64,000 bases of DNA from NCBI GenBank assembly GCA_951406725.2, contig OX597824.1, forward strand, positions 88,226,001 to 88,290,000, in the 5' to 3' direction. The notes below the pieces were generated by a model. The model saw only the letters and a list, made by a program, of their open reading frames with translations, was not told where the DNA came from and made no database searches. Shown here piece by piece: positions 53,401 through 64,000 of the stretch (the stretch's first letter is position 1; every line of letters begins with the position of its first letter). The position numbers were made by a program, and so were the translations under genes. The stretch comes from Octopus vulgaris (lineage: Eukaryota).

Positions 53401-56400
53401 GCACATTGCTGTACACAAGAAGACCTTCCCACAACAGATTGATATCCAGAAACCAAGGTACCATATAAAAAAGCATTGATGAAGGTTCTGGTGCCATGTA
53501 AAAAGCACCCAGTACACTCTCTAAAGTGGTTGGCATTAGGAAGGGCATCCACCTGCAGAACCCAAACTAAAACAGACTTTGTAGTTTCTGTCAAGCTGTC
53601 TAACCCATGCCAGCTCAGAAAACACGTTAAATAATGAAGAAACTAGTGAGGATTGGTGACAGGAAGGGCATCTGACCATAGAAAGTTTGTGTCAACGAAT
53701 GATGATGACGACTCACCTACATTTACCACAAACAACTCCTAACTTAAAAATCCAAATTACTTATGCTAAAACATTATCTACAATTCCCACAGCAGTGCTA
53801 CAACTAATTACATTAAAAAAAGAAAAAAATTTGAGCCAAAATTATAGATTCAAAAGTGTTGTACACACAACACTTTTGAATCTAGGATGGAACACACACA
53901 TCAAACATTTATTTTAACCTTTTTGTTACCAACCCGGCTGAAACCGGCTCTGGATCTGTACTACAAATGTTTCATTTTCATAAGTTCTGAATTAAAATCT
54001 TCCACCAAACCTTAGTTACAACTTATGCTTCTAACACTAGTTTAATGATAACTAAGTCATTTTACTAAATTCTTTGTTATATTTAAAATAATTGAAAGAA
54101 ACTCAGAGCATCTCAAAATGAATACGGTAACAAAAGGGTTAAACAACTTTTGGAAGAAAACCACTAGCTCTGAAAATCTTCAACTCTTGGCTCATCATCG
54201 TTTAACGTCCATTTTCCATGCTAGCACGGTTGCCTACAGCAACAAACTGTCTTTAGAATTTATAGGATTCATGTATTTAACTAATTTGTACATGAATTTT
54301 TCCTCAATTTCTTGATTAAACAAAAGCAACCTTACTCTTTCTGATCTAAAAATGCCAACTTCCAACATTGGTTCCTTAAGTTTAACCCAAACCTCAATTA
54401 TACTCAGAACAAATCATTAATAAAAATATTTCACCTTTTTATGACAATTTCAAGAATTTAGCTAACTAGAGATCCCTAACCGTTATTTCATGGAGTATCC
54501 CAATCAAAGTGAAGGCACATTGCTTAGGGGTTAAAGTGTTACACTAATGATCACAAGATTGTGGTTTCAATTCATGGACCAGGCAGCGCATTGTGTTCTT
54601 GAGCAAAACACTTCATTGAGTAACTTTGCAACGGACTGGTGTCCTGTTCAGGGGAAATGTTGTGATCTTGGTCACTTATATCCATTGGAAACTGGGTGAG
54701 AGACCCCATAAGTCCTATGGCTTGCAACAGTACTTATACCAATCAAATGCCATGTAGAATATTTAGTTACTAGTGTCTCTATCAGTCACTAAAACCTAAC
54801 TGCCTTAAGTGACTATTGGCCTTTTATGGCCGGTTTACATACACCTTTTGTACTGTACAAGTATCATCATCATCATGCAAGCATGTTGATGACAACAATG
54901 GTACAGCACATGTTTTCCATGGGTCAGACAGAATTTGTTAGGGTGTATTTTCTACAGCCAGATGTCATTCTTTCCACCAACCTTGACCTATTTCCAAATA
55001 AGGTAACACTTCCTCTTAGCCAGACAGGGTTTTAGTTTTTCAGCAAAGACTAGAAACAAACAACATTGCTTATATGACGGTGATGTTCATTTACTACCAT
55101 CATGTGATGGCAATACAAGGGTGCACACAAACACATATTTATCATCATCGTTTAATGTCCGCTTTCCATGCTAGCTAGCATGGGTTGGATGATTTGACTG
55201 AGGACTGGCGAACCAGATGGCTGCACCAGGCTCCAATCTGATCTGGCAGAGTTTATACAGCTGGATGCCCTTCCTAACGCCAACCATTCTGAGAGTGTAG
55301 TGGGTGCTTTTACATGCCACTGGCATGAGGACCAGTCAGGAGGTACTGGCAATGGCCACGTTGAAATGGTGTTTTTTACATGCCACCTGCACAGGATCCA
55401 GTCCAGCGATATATATATATGTATATATATATATATAAAGGCAGCCATAAATCTGAAGAACAGGAAAGAGAAAAAGACCACAAACTATGCCATCATTGGC
55501 TGCTTCAGATCATCATCATCATCAAGTGTCCACTCTCCATGCTGGCATAGGTTGCAGAGTTTGACAGGAGCCGCACCAGCTCCATTGTCTGTTTTGGCAT
55601 GGTTTCAATGGCTGGAGGCCCTTCCTAACACCAACAACATTACAAAGTGCACAGGGTGCTTTTCTATGTGGCATCATCATCATTGTTCGACCTTGGTCGA
55701 GACAATGGGATTTACTAAGTTACACCAGACTTCACGGTCCATCATAGCATTACGGAGGTCCTGTTGCTGGTTGCCTGTATCCCTGGAGATTACATCAGGG
55801 TAGGAGAGTGTGCACTCTCTGGTATCGCGAACAGATGGCTTCCAGAGGAGAAGAGTAGAGATTACCTCTTTTTCAGCTCCACAACAATGTCCAGCAAACT
55901 GGACTCTTCTACCTTTCACAAGAGATGACACAGGTGGTAATTTCCCATATATTTGTACTATGTGGCACTAGTACTTGTGCTTACTATGTGGTACCGTCAC
56001 TCATGCGTTGTATGTGGTACCAGAATCAACAGGGTCACCAAGTGACTTGCAACACCTGCCCACCACCAAAAATAGCCTCAACTGGGAGGAGGGAGTAGTA
56101 ATGAGGTGTGGTGGAAGCTTTGTGCCAGCTGATGAGAGATTAAGTGTAGAGGGACTGGGGTGGGTATCCTGCTGTAGGGTAGATACACAGAATACTCCAG
56201 CTGAGAAAGAAAGGAGGGTGAATTGGAGAGCAAGATAAAGAGAGTGGGTGTGCCAGAGAGTAAGCGAAGAAGAGCAATAGTGAGAGAGATGGTGGTGAAG
56301 GGACATTGGGTGTGGTGAAAATAGGTGGGATGATACAGAAGTAAATGGTGGAACGATAGGAGAGGCTTCGGGGTGGGGATAATGAGGGCAGTAGTAAATA

Positions 56401-57065
56401 CATTTTATAATAGCACCAAAAAGAAATTTAGCCTCACATAGTATGATGAACCAATAAAATAGTTACTCTCTTTTTACTTGTTCCAGTCATTTGACTGCGG
56501 CCATGCTGGAGCACCGCCTTTAGTCGAGCAAATCGACCCCGGGACTTATTCTTTGTAAACCCAGTACCTATTCTATCGGTCTCTATTGCCGAACCGCTAA
56601 GTTACGAGGACGTAAACACACCGGCATCGGTTGTCAAGCAATGCTAGGTGGACAAACAGAGACACACAAACACATACCTATATCGACAGGCTTCTTTCAG
56701 TTTCCGTCTACCAAATCCACTCACAAGGCATTGGTCGGCCCGGGGTTATAGCAGAAGACACTTGCCTAAGGTGCCACACAGTGGGACTGAACCTGGAACC
56801 ATGTGGCTGGTTAGCAAGCTACTTACCACACAGCCACTCCTGCACCTTGCAGGAGTATTTTTGAAGAGTATTTTTGCAATTTAAGAAGGAAAATAAATTC
56901 AGAAAAATCCTTACCAAATTTATGGATCTTGACGTACATAGGGGATGCTATGATGATAGCATATGTCAAATATCTCAAAAATCTAGCATTAGCCCAATGG
57001 TACTTCCATGGGAAGCGCAACAGCTTGGCACTCATGGTATATGGGTACCTCATTTGTTCTGCCAT
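50415..57065 (-). CDS. 77-aa single-pass microprotein resembling Drosophila roh (CG30415); join 57065-56915, 51801-51748, 50443-50415
   Basis: Three GT-AG exons (151+54+29 nt) give MAEQMRYPYTMSAKLLRFPWKYHWANARFLRYLTYAIIIASPMYVKIHKFANQPGNWAKWSTIRAKREHTHFDPVKP*. The YPYTxxAKxxxFP...ANxPxNxxKW pattern is recalled from a conserved invertebrate small-protein family. AATAAA on the minus strand at 50341-50336. Confidence 0.85.
51748..51801 (-). CDS. roh-like microprotein, coding exon 2 (ANQPGNWAKWSTIRAKRE)
   Basis: TTTTTAACAG acceptor, GTAAGT donor, phase 1/1. Confidence 0.85.
51901..52120. mobile_element. piggyBac-type MITE, family 2 (copies also at 32420-32641, about 35120-35338, 53918-54138, and 15860-16538 interrupted)
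   Basis: TTAA|CCCTTTCGTTAC ... GTAACGAAAGGG|TTAA; shared internal sequence of about 220 bp. Confidence 0.85.
52405..52640 (-). mobile_element. RTE-clade LINE 3' fragment
   Basis: LASNRQAWSAFVRDA C-terminal motif; TTGA-type tail. Confidence 0.7.
55673..55957 (-). mobile_element. 5'-truncated RTE-clade LINE
   Basis: YGKLPPVSSLVKGRRVQFAGHC...LLLWKP...AMMDREVW; (GAT)n tail; duplicated CTATGTGGCA flanks. Confidence 0.85.
56915..57065 (-). CDS. roh-like microprotein, coding exon 1
   Basis: Acceptor TTTTCTTTTCAG ending at 57074; AAAATGG start context; donor GTAAGG. Confidence 0.88.
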
Positions 57066-59761
57066 TTTCGTGTCTGAAAAGAAAATAAATAAATTACACA
57101 TGGAAATGGGATAGAAAAATGTTCATGAATTAGTAACATAACAGATGTAACACATAAATGGAGTCATTTATCTAATTTTATATATATAGGGTGTAACAGG
57201 TAAATTGGGACAAGTTTCACACCAACCCTACAATATCGTTTTAAAAATTAACAGCTACCTCATCAAAATCTCTTGGCTACAAGATAATGCATGATTATTA
57301 GTTCAAAACAATGTGGATGAAAAAAGCATTGATTTTGGCAGAATAATGCGAACACTAAAGGGTTAACTCTAATAGATGGTCACGGTTAACTTATAATAGG
57401 CTGAATCTCAGTGCCATCATTATGTAAGGAGCAATGAATATATAAATGGATAGAAGGATTTCTGACATATTAAGGGTTAACTAGGACTTTAGATGGCTTG
57501 CAAAATATAGGTTTCGATTATACTCTTCTGCTCTAGGCACAAGGCCTGAAATTTCTGGGAAGGGGACCAGTCGATTAGACCGACCCTAGTACGCAACAGG
57601 TACAAAATTTATTGACCCCGAAAGGATGAAAGGCAAAGTCGACCTCGGCGGAATTTTAACTCAGAACATAGACAGACGAAATACCTAGGTACAAAATTTA
57701 TTGACCTCGAAAGGACGAAAGGCAAAATCGACCTCGGCGGAATTTTTAACTCAGAACGTAAAGACAGACGAAATACCTACTTCTATTTCTTTACTACCCA
57801 CAAGGGGCTAAACACAGAGAGGACAAGCATGGACAGACAAACGGATTATGTCGATTATATCGACCCCAGTGCGTAACTGGTACTTATTTAATCGATCCCG
57901 AAAGGATGAAAGGCAAAGTTGACCTCGGTGGAATTTGAACTCAGAACGTACCGACAGACGAAATACCTATTTCTTTACTATCCACAAGGGGCTAAACACA
58001 GAGAGGACAAACAAGGACAGACAAAGGGATTAAGTCGATTATATCGACCCCGAAAGGATGAAAGGCAAAGTCAGCCTCAGCGGAATTTGAACTCAGAACG
58101 TAACTGCAGACGAAATACTGCTAAGAATTTCGCCTGGCGTGCTAACGATTCTACCAGCTCGACGCCTATAGGTTTCCATTATAAAGAAGACCAAATTAAT
58201 GTTGGAGCTTGTGGCATGGAAAAATGGATGTTAAAACGATAATAACATTACTTCAAAACGTCACACGTGGTTCACCAACTTTATTCAAACGGAACATCAT
58301 AAAACTGTTTCTACATGGAAGTGACAGTCACCTTCAGCAGTCATAACCAGATGCAAGCATGCCAAGTGCATCTAACAACGAAGTCACATACTGTATATAT
58401 ATATAAGATAGAAAGAGCGCAGAGGCGTTGATCAGACAAGTTTACATATTAACAACAGAATATAAATGTAGCAAGTTCTTTTGGCAAAAGAAACACAGAG
58501 CTCAGACATTCTAAGAAACATGAGGATGGCTCCTACGTTGCCCTTGTTTATAATTCAACTGTTAACCAAGTGGTTTGGCCGTATTTATCCAGGAAACACA
58601 GCCACAAAATATTTCAATGATCTATCAAAAAATTAATTTACAATTAAAAACTTAAGCTTATTGAAAGAGAGAACAACACTTAATTTTGACAAAAAAAAGG
58701 TGTCGTTTAGACCAAGGTCAACTTTTAAATGAGCCAGATTTATGCTCAAATCGCATCTTTCCGTGAATATCTAGAATTCCAAGGTATCTTTTCCTTATTC
58801 AAAACAGGAGAGTATGATATGAGGGAAATTTGGCAGCTATTTCTAGCAGGTGGAGCAACCGTGAGCCTGCCCTGGCTCGATAAAATTTTTGGTCCTGAAA
58901 ATAGGAAACTAGTAACGACTTTCGAATAAAAATAATTTTGGTAAAAGCTTCAAGGTCAACCTCGATCAAAGGTGTTCTACTTGCGATCATTTCTTATATA
59001 TTCAGATTCCTATATTAGAGTACAGTTTCCGGCGATTTGTAACGAAAGATCGCCCAGTTTCCAATGTGCCCTTCCACTGTTCTATTACTAACAGTCAAGT
59101 GACCGAATTGAAGTTTCTTCATTACTAAAACGTCGTAAAAATAGCAATTTAACAAGCGAACCATGACTGGCTAGACCTAAATCAAAGGTGTGTCAGCCAG
59201 ACCGTGTAATCCAGTGTAATCTTCGTTACATAAGAGTTGGTCGAAATTTCGTGACCGCTGAGAGGTCCTTTCGTTGCTAACTCCAGGTCAAACCTAACAG
59301 AGTAAACATAAAGCGTTCTAACCATGACCATGGTATTTTAAGACATTGCATCTAGATTACCATCTAAATTGTATCTTTTCATTTTTTTTTTCTTTAAGAT
59401 GGTAGGGTGCATTTTGCGAATTTGGCTGCTTTTTCTAGCAAGTCGAAGGACCACATAGAGGCTCTCACTTTGATCGTAAATGGAGGTTATTTCAAGAGGA
59501 TATTACAAATCAACCACCAGAACGTTTCACGGGGTTAAAACATTAAATGCGAGCATCTTAACTTCCACTCACAAATATCCCAGTAATTTCAAAGATATAA
59601 CTTTTCAAGGGTAATGAAATTATGTGATTGTGATATTTTAACGTAATGATTTCGAGTGAAAAATCTTCTGCTGATATGAATTATATACTGGGGAACGTTC
59701 GATAAATTAAGTAATACAATTAATATTTTTTGTACTATTAAGTTTACCTTTGGAGATGAAA

Positions 59762-60165
59762 AATATTTTAATATTAATAATGATACTTATGGGATGAAAA
59801 ATCCCACAAAATCACTGCTCACAGTACTTATACAATTACAATCGTTCTAATTACTTACCAAATATTTTTTAATTAACTAATAAAAATTGATAATTACTTA
59901 TATATTTGGTTAACATGGTTGTTAAATAAACATTAACGCTAAATTGATATTGCAATTAGTTAATATTAATAATAAAAAGATTAAAGTTAAATATTTTAAT
60001 ATTAATAATGATACTTATGGGATGAAAAATCCAAATATTTTGTAATTGACAAATAAATATTGATAATTACTCATATATTTGGTTAACATGGTTGTTAGTT
60101 GAACATTGACGCTAAATTGATATTGCAATTAATTAATTAATAAGATAAAATAAAGAGATTAAAGA
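59762..60165. repeat. Local tandem duplication of an AT-rich segment (two diverged copies)
   Basis: AATATTAATAATGATACTTATGGGATGAAAAATCC...TATATTTGGTTAACATGGTTGTTA...GCTAAATTGATATTGCAATTA occurs at about 59770 and about 59998. Confidence 0.85.
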
Positions 60166-60169
60166 TACC

Positions 60170-60438
60170 GACCCGTTAGCTTCATGCTGACCTTCGTTTC
60201 CCACCAGATGCCCTCCGCAACAGAGAGTGACACTCGATTTATAAGGGGGGGATAACCGCCGAGAGAAGCTCTTTTTTACCGGGAGGCAGTAGTTCTGGTG
60301 GAAGTGTAACTCTCCCCAGTAAAGGTGTCAGCAGACCGGCGCCATTTTCCATCCCGAACTTGTGCTGTGTCACGTTGTTGTTTGTGTCTGACAACTTTGC
60401 TGGGTATTTTAAAGTTTCCGTTGTCAAAAAAGAGAACC
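60170..60438. promoter_or_regulatory. Putative bidirectional promoter between PSMD1 (+) and the roh-like gene (-)
   Basis: GC/CpG-richer island; minus-strand donor AAG|GTCAGC at 60191 for a non-coding first exon; ETS-like GGAAGTG at 60300; YY1-like CGCCATTTT at 60340-60348; ARE GTGACACAGCA (minus strand) at 60363-60373. Confidence 0.6.
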
Positions 60439-63426
60439 ATGAAGATGAAAACTCATATGACTTCGGCTTCAGGAGTTATATCTCTGCTGGACGAACCGGA
60501 CGAACAACTGAAGGTATTCGCCTTGGAAAAGCTAAACAAGATCGTTGATGTATTTTGGGCTGAGATTGCAGAAGCGGTCGTGAAAATCGAGGTATTGTAC
60601 GAAAGTCATGATTTCCGTTGCCGTGATCTGGCTGCTTTGGTTGCTTCTAAAGTTTATTATCATCTCGGGGCTTATGAAGATTCACTTAAGTATGCATTGG
60701 GAGCTCTCAATTTGTTTGATGTTACTGATACTTCTGAATATGTTTCCACAATCAAAGCAAAATGTATGGACCAATACACCAAAACGCAGGTTATTAACGC
60801 CGAAACACAAGAAGATGCCAAAATGATGGATACTCGACTCGAAGCGATAGTTAATCGAATGTTTCAGAGGTGTTTTGAGGATAAACAATATAAACAAGTT
60901 GTGGGTATTGCTTTGGAAACAAGAAGAATTGATATGTTTGAAAAAGCAATTTTGGAATCGGATGACCCTTCGGCAATGTTGGCATATAGTTTAAAAGTTT
61001 GTTTATCTCACATAATGAGTAGACATTTTAGAAATGATGTACTACGTGTTCTTACTGAGCTTTACATGCGTCTTAAGTCCCCAGATTATATCAGTGTGTG
61101 TCAGTGTTATATTTTCTTGGATGACCACCAATCTGTTGCAAATATCCTAGAGAAATTAATTAAGGGAAACGAAGAATCGCAACTGAAAGCCCTTCAAATT
61201 GCATTTGATTTGTATGAGAGTGCGACCCAACAATTTCTACAGGAAGTGCAAAACTGGCTTCGGCAGGTGGCCCCAGCACCATTACCGTCCATGAAAACGG
61301 AAGAAGAAAAACAAGTCGCTCCCACTGTAGAAAACAAGGAAGAGAAGATGGAAGTCGATGAGGAAAAAACCGCAGAAGCGGCTGCACCGGCACCTGCAAG
61401 TCCGTCGCTAACTGAGGACCAAAAAGATCTCCAGGAGAAAATTGTCAAACTTTATACAATTCTTGGAGGAGAAAACACTATAAAATTGCACTTGGATTTC
61501 CTTATTAGGAACAATAAAACTGATTCATTGATTCTGAAGAATACCAAAGATGCTGTTCGTAACTCCTTGTGCCACTCAGCCACTGTTATTGCCAATTCTT
61601 TCATGCATTGTGGCACTACATGCGATCAGTTTCTTCGTGACAATTTAGAATGGTTGGCTCGTGCCACTAACTGGGCTAAATTCACTGCTACTGCAAGTCT
61701 TGGTGTTATTCATAAAGGCCATGAAAAGGATGTCTTGAATTTCATGTCTACATATCTACCCAAAGACTCGAGTCCTGGATCTACCTACTCAGAAGGCGGG
61801 GGTCTTTATGCTCTTGGATTAATTCATGCTAACCATGGAGGTGAGATTACAAATTATTTACTTGGTCAACTCAAAGAGGCCACAAATGAAATGGTGAGAC
61901 ACGGAGGTTGTCTTGGCTTGGGTCTCGCAGCGATGGGTACTGCCCAGCAAGATATCTTTGAACAACTTCGAATAAACCTGTACCAAGATGATGCCGTGAC
62001 TGGTGAAGCAGCAGGACTTGCTATGGGGTTAGTAATGCTTGGAACTAAGAATGATGCTGCTATCCACGATATGCTTGTGTATGCACAGGATACCCAGCAC
62101 GAGAAGATTCTTCGTGGCTTGTCCGTTGGTATCGCTCTTACCATGTATGGTCGTATGGAAGAAGCTGATGAACTAGTCAAAACTTTGTCTCAAGATAAGG
62201 ACCCCATTCTTCGTTGGTCTGGCATGTACACCCTTGCTATGGCCTACTGTGGTTCTGGTAACAACCAAGCTATCAGAAAATTGCTCCACATTGCCGTCAG
62301 TGATGTCAATGACGATGTGAGACGTGTCGCTGTCACTTCGCTTGGATTCCTTCTGTTCCGAACTCCTGAAAAATGTCCACAAGTTGTCTCTTTACTATCA
62401 GAAAGTTATAATCCTCATGTTAGATTTGGTGCTGCGATGGCTTTGGGCATTGCTTGTGCTGGAACCGGCCTAAAAGAAGCCCTAACCCTGTTGGAACCCA
62501 TGACTAACGATCCTGTTAACTACGTACGACAAGGAGCTCTCATCGCCTCAGCTTTAGTTCTCATTCAACAAAATGAAATCACTTGTCCTAAAGTCACACA
62601 CTTCCGTCAATTATATACTAAAGTAATTACTGACAAACATGATGATGTTATGGCAAAGTTTGGCGCTATCTTAGCCCAAGGAATACTAGATGCTGGTGGT
62701 CGAAATGTTACTATTTCTCTTCAGTCTCGCACAGGTCATACCAATATGGAAGCTGTCGTAGGAATGTTGGTGTTTTGTCAGTACTGGTTTTGGTACCCCC
62801 TTACTCACTTTTTATCCTTGGCATTTAAGCCTACTTGTATAATCGGACTGAACAGCAATTTACTAATGCCAAAAGTACAGTTTCGTTCCAACGCAAAACC
62901 TTCCACGTTTGCATACCCACCTCATTTAGAAGAAAAAAAAGACAAAACTAAAGAAAAGGTTAAAACTGCTGTCCTCAGTATTACGGCGAAACAAAAGAAA
63001 AAGGAAGCCGAAAAGAAAGAGAAAGAAGAGAAGATGGATGTGGATGAAGAAGCTTCGGATGAACCAGAAAAGAAGACTGCTAAAACAGAGAAAAAGGAAG
63101 AGAAAAAAGAAGTGGTTAAAGATAAGAAAGAGGAAGGAAAAGAAGAGAAGAAAGAGGAGGAGAAAGAAAAGAAGCCAGAGGCAAACTTTGAGTTATTAGA
63201 CAACCCGGCTCGGGTTATGCGGGCCCAGCTCCGAATGATCACCATGCCAGATGCCTCGAGATACACGTCGGTGAAGGATGTAACGAGCGGAGGACTCATT
63301 ATGTTACACAATCGCAAACCAGACGATCTTGAAGACCTCGTAGAACCTATCGCTGCAGGCGGTCCAAAAGTCGAAGAGGAATCAGAACCAGAACCTCCTG
63401 AGCCGTTTGAATGGACTGAAGATTAA
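60439..63426 (+). CDS. PSMD1: 26S proteasome non-ATPase regulatory subunit 1 (Rpn2), 995 aa, intronless
   Basis: Uninterrupted ORF from the first ATG (60439): [55 protein letters not shown] repeats ([39 protein letters not shown]), C-terminal [10 protein letters not shown]. Confidence 0.98.
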   Translation: MKMKTHMTSASGVISLLDEPDEQLKVFALEKLNKIVDVFWAEIAEAVVKIEVLYESHDFRCRDLAALVASKVYYHLGAYEDSLKYALGALNLFDVTDTSEYVSTIKAKCMDQYTKTQVINAETQEDAKMMDTRLEAIVNRMFQRCFEDKQYKQVVGIALETRRIDMFEKAILESDDPSAMLAYSLKVCLSHIMSRHFRNDVLRVLTELYMRLKSPDYISVCQCYIFLDDHQSVANILEKLIKGNEESQLKALQIAFDLYESATQQFLQEVQNWLRQVAPAPLPSMKTEEEKQVAPTVENKEEKMEVDEEKTAEAAAPAPASPSLTEDQKDLQEKIVKLYTILGGENTIKLHLDFLIRNNKTDSLILKNTKDAVRNSLCHSATVIANSFMHCGTTCDQFLRDNLEWLARATNWAKFTATASLGVIHKGHEKDVLNFMSTYLPKDSSPGSTYSEGGGLYALGLIHANHGGEITNYLLGQLKEATNEMVRHGGCLGLGLAAMGTAQQDIFEQLRINLYQDDAVTGEAAGLAMGLVMLGTKNDAAIHDMLVYAQDTQHEKILRGLSVGIALTMYGRMEEADELVKTLSQDKDPILRWSGMYTLAMAYCGSGNNQAIRKLLHIAVSDVNDDVRRVAVTSLGFLLFRTPEKCPQVVSLLSESYNPHVRFGAAMALGIACAGTGLKEALTLLEPMTNDPVNYVRQGALIASALVLIQQNEITCPKVTHFRQLYTKVITDKHDDVMAKFGAILAQGILDAGGRNVTISLQSRTGHTNMEAVVGMLVFCQYWFWYPLTHFLSLAFKPTCIIGLNSNLLMPKVQFRSNAKPSTFAYPPHLEEKKDKTKEKVKTAVLSITAKQKKKEAEKKEKEEKMDVDEEASDEPEKKTAKTEKKEEKKEVVKDKKEEGKEEKKEEEKEKKPEANFELLDNPARVMRAQLRMITMPDASRYTSVKDVTSGGLIMLHNRKPDDLEDLVEPIAAGGPKVEEESEPEPPEPFEWTED

Positions 63427-64000
63427 TATCTTGTCAAAATAATTACTAACAAAAAGACAAAAAAAAATGAAAAAAAAAAAAAAAAGAGCAAATAATAATA
63501 ATAATGACATTTCATATTGGCTCCTATCTTAGAGGTCTCAATCTAATTATTTATCATTTTGTTGATTTTATTTTATTTTTTTTCTTTGCCCCACCCCCAT
63601 CTCTCTCAGTTTAGAGACACTCATAGTTATTCTCTTGGTAAAAGTTTGCTCCAAAAGTTTGATAAATTCCTTTGAATTTCTCACATAGGGAGAACCATAT
63701 TTCTGAGTTGACATTCTATGCTGTGGAATTTGTCAAGCAATATTAACAATTGCTGCTATACCATGTATTGTTTCTCTTAGTTGAATAGCTTTATCAAATA
63801 CTTGTTTTCATATCATCTTGTCATCACTATCTTTTCTATTATTAAAATTCTAAAATTACTGTTTGTTTATAATTCTTTACAAACATTAAAAAAAAAAAAA
63901 TTGCTCCTGCAAAAGTTTTATTTTCTAATGAACAAAATCCCTTCTCTTTCTGCGTACTGTACTTACTATATTAAAAGACAAATCCTAACTCAGAGCAAAA

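Noticed and set aside
60325-60438. N-terminal extension of the 1033-aa PSMD1 ORF
   Set aside because: It starts at GTG; homology begins at [10 protein letters not shown] (ATG 60439), and the upstream part is promoter/UTR
62922-63317. Antisense ORFs within PSMD1
   Set aside because: Shadow frames of the lysine/glutamate-rich coding strand

Overview
AT-rich, intron- and repeat-dense animal genomic DNA. The repeat families look like those of octopus/coleoid cephalopods (inference). Five protein-coding genes can be built from the sequence: (1) PPME1 on the minus strand, 9 exons at 21719..1826 and continuing off the left edge, with a U12-type second intron; (2) a single-exon mitoregulin (MTLN)-like microprotein at about 37750-37989 (+); (3) ASRGL1 isoaspartyl peptidase/L-asparaginase, 6 coding exons at 39146-47237 (+), whose apparent first exon carries the MTLN-like ORF, suggesting a bicistronic mRNA; (4) a 3-exon, 77-aa microprotein gene at 57065..50415 (-) resembling Drosophila roh/CG30415; (5) an intronless PSMD1/Rpn2 at 60439-63426 (+), head-to-head with gene 4. 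Most other short ORFs in the track are translations of repeats. The rest is tRNA-derived SINEs, RTE/CR1/HERO LINE remnants, non-autonomous Helitrons, piggyBac/Merlin/Tc1 MITEs, microsatellites, a U6 snRNA fragment and hammerhead-ribozyme motifs, including one complete type I fold in ASRGL1 intron 3. Family assignments rest on remembered motifs; no database search was run.
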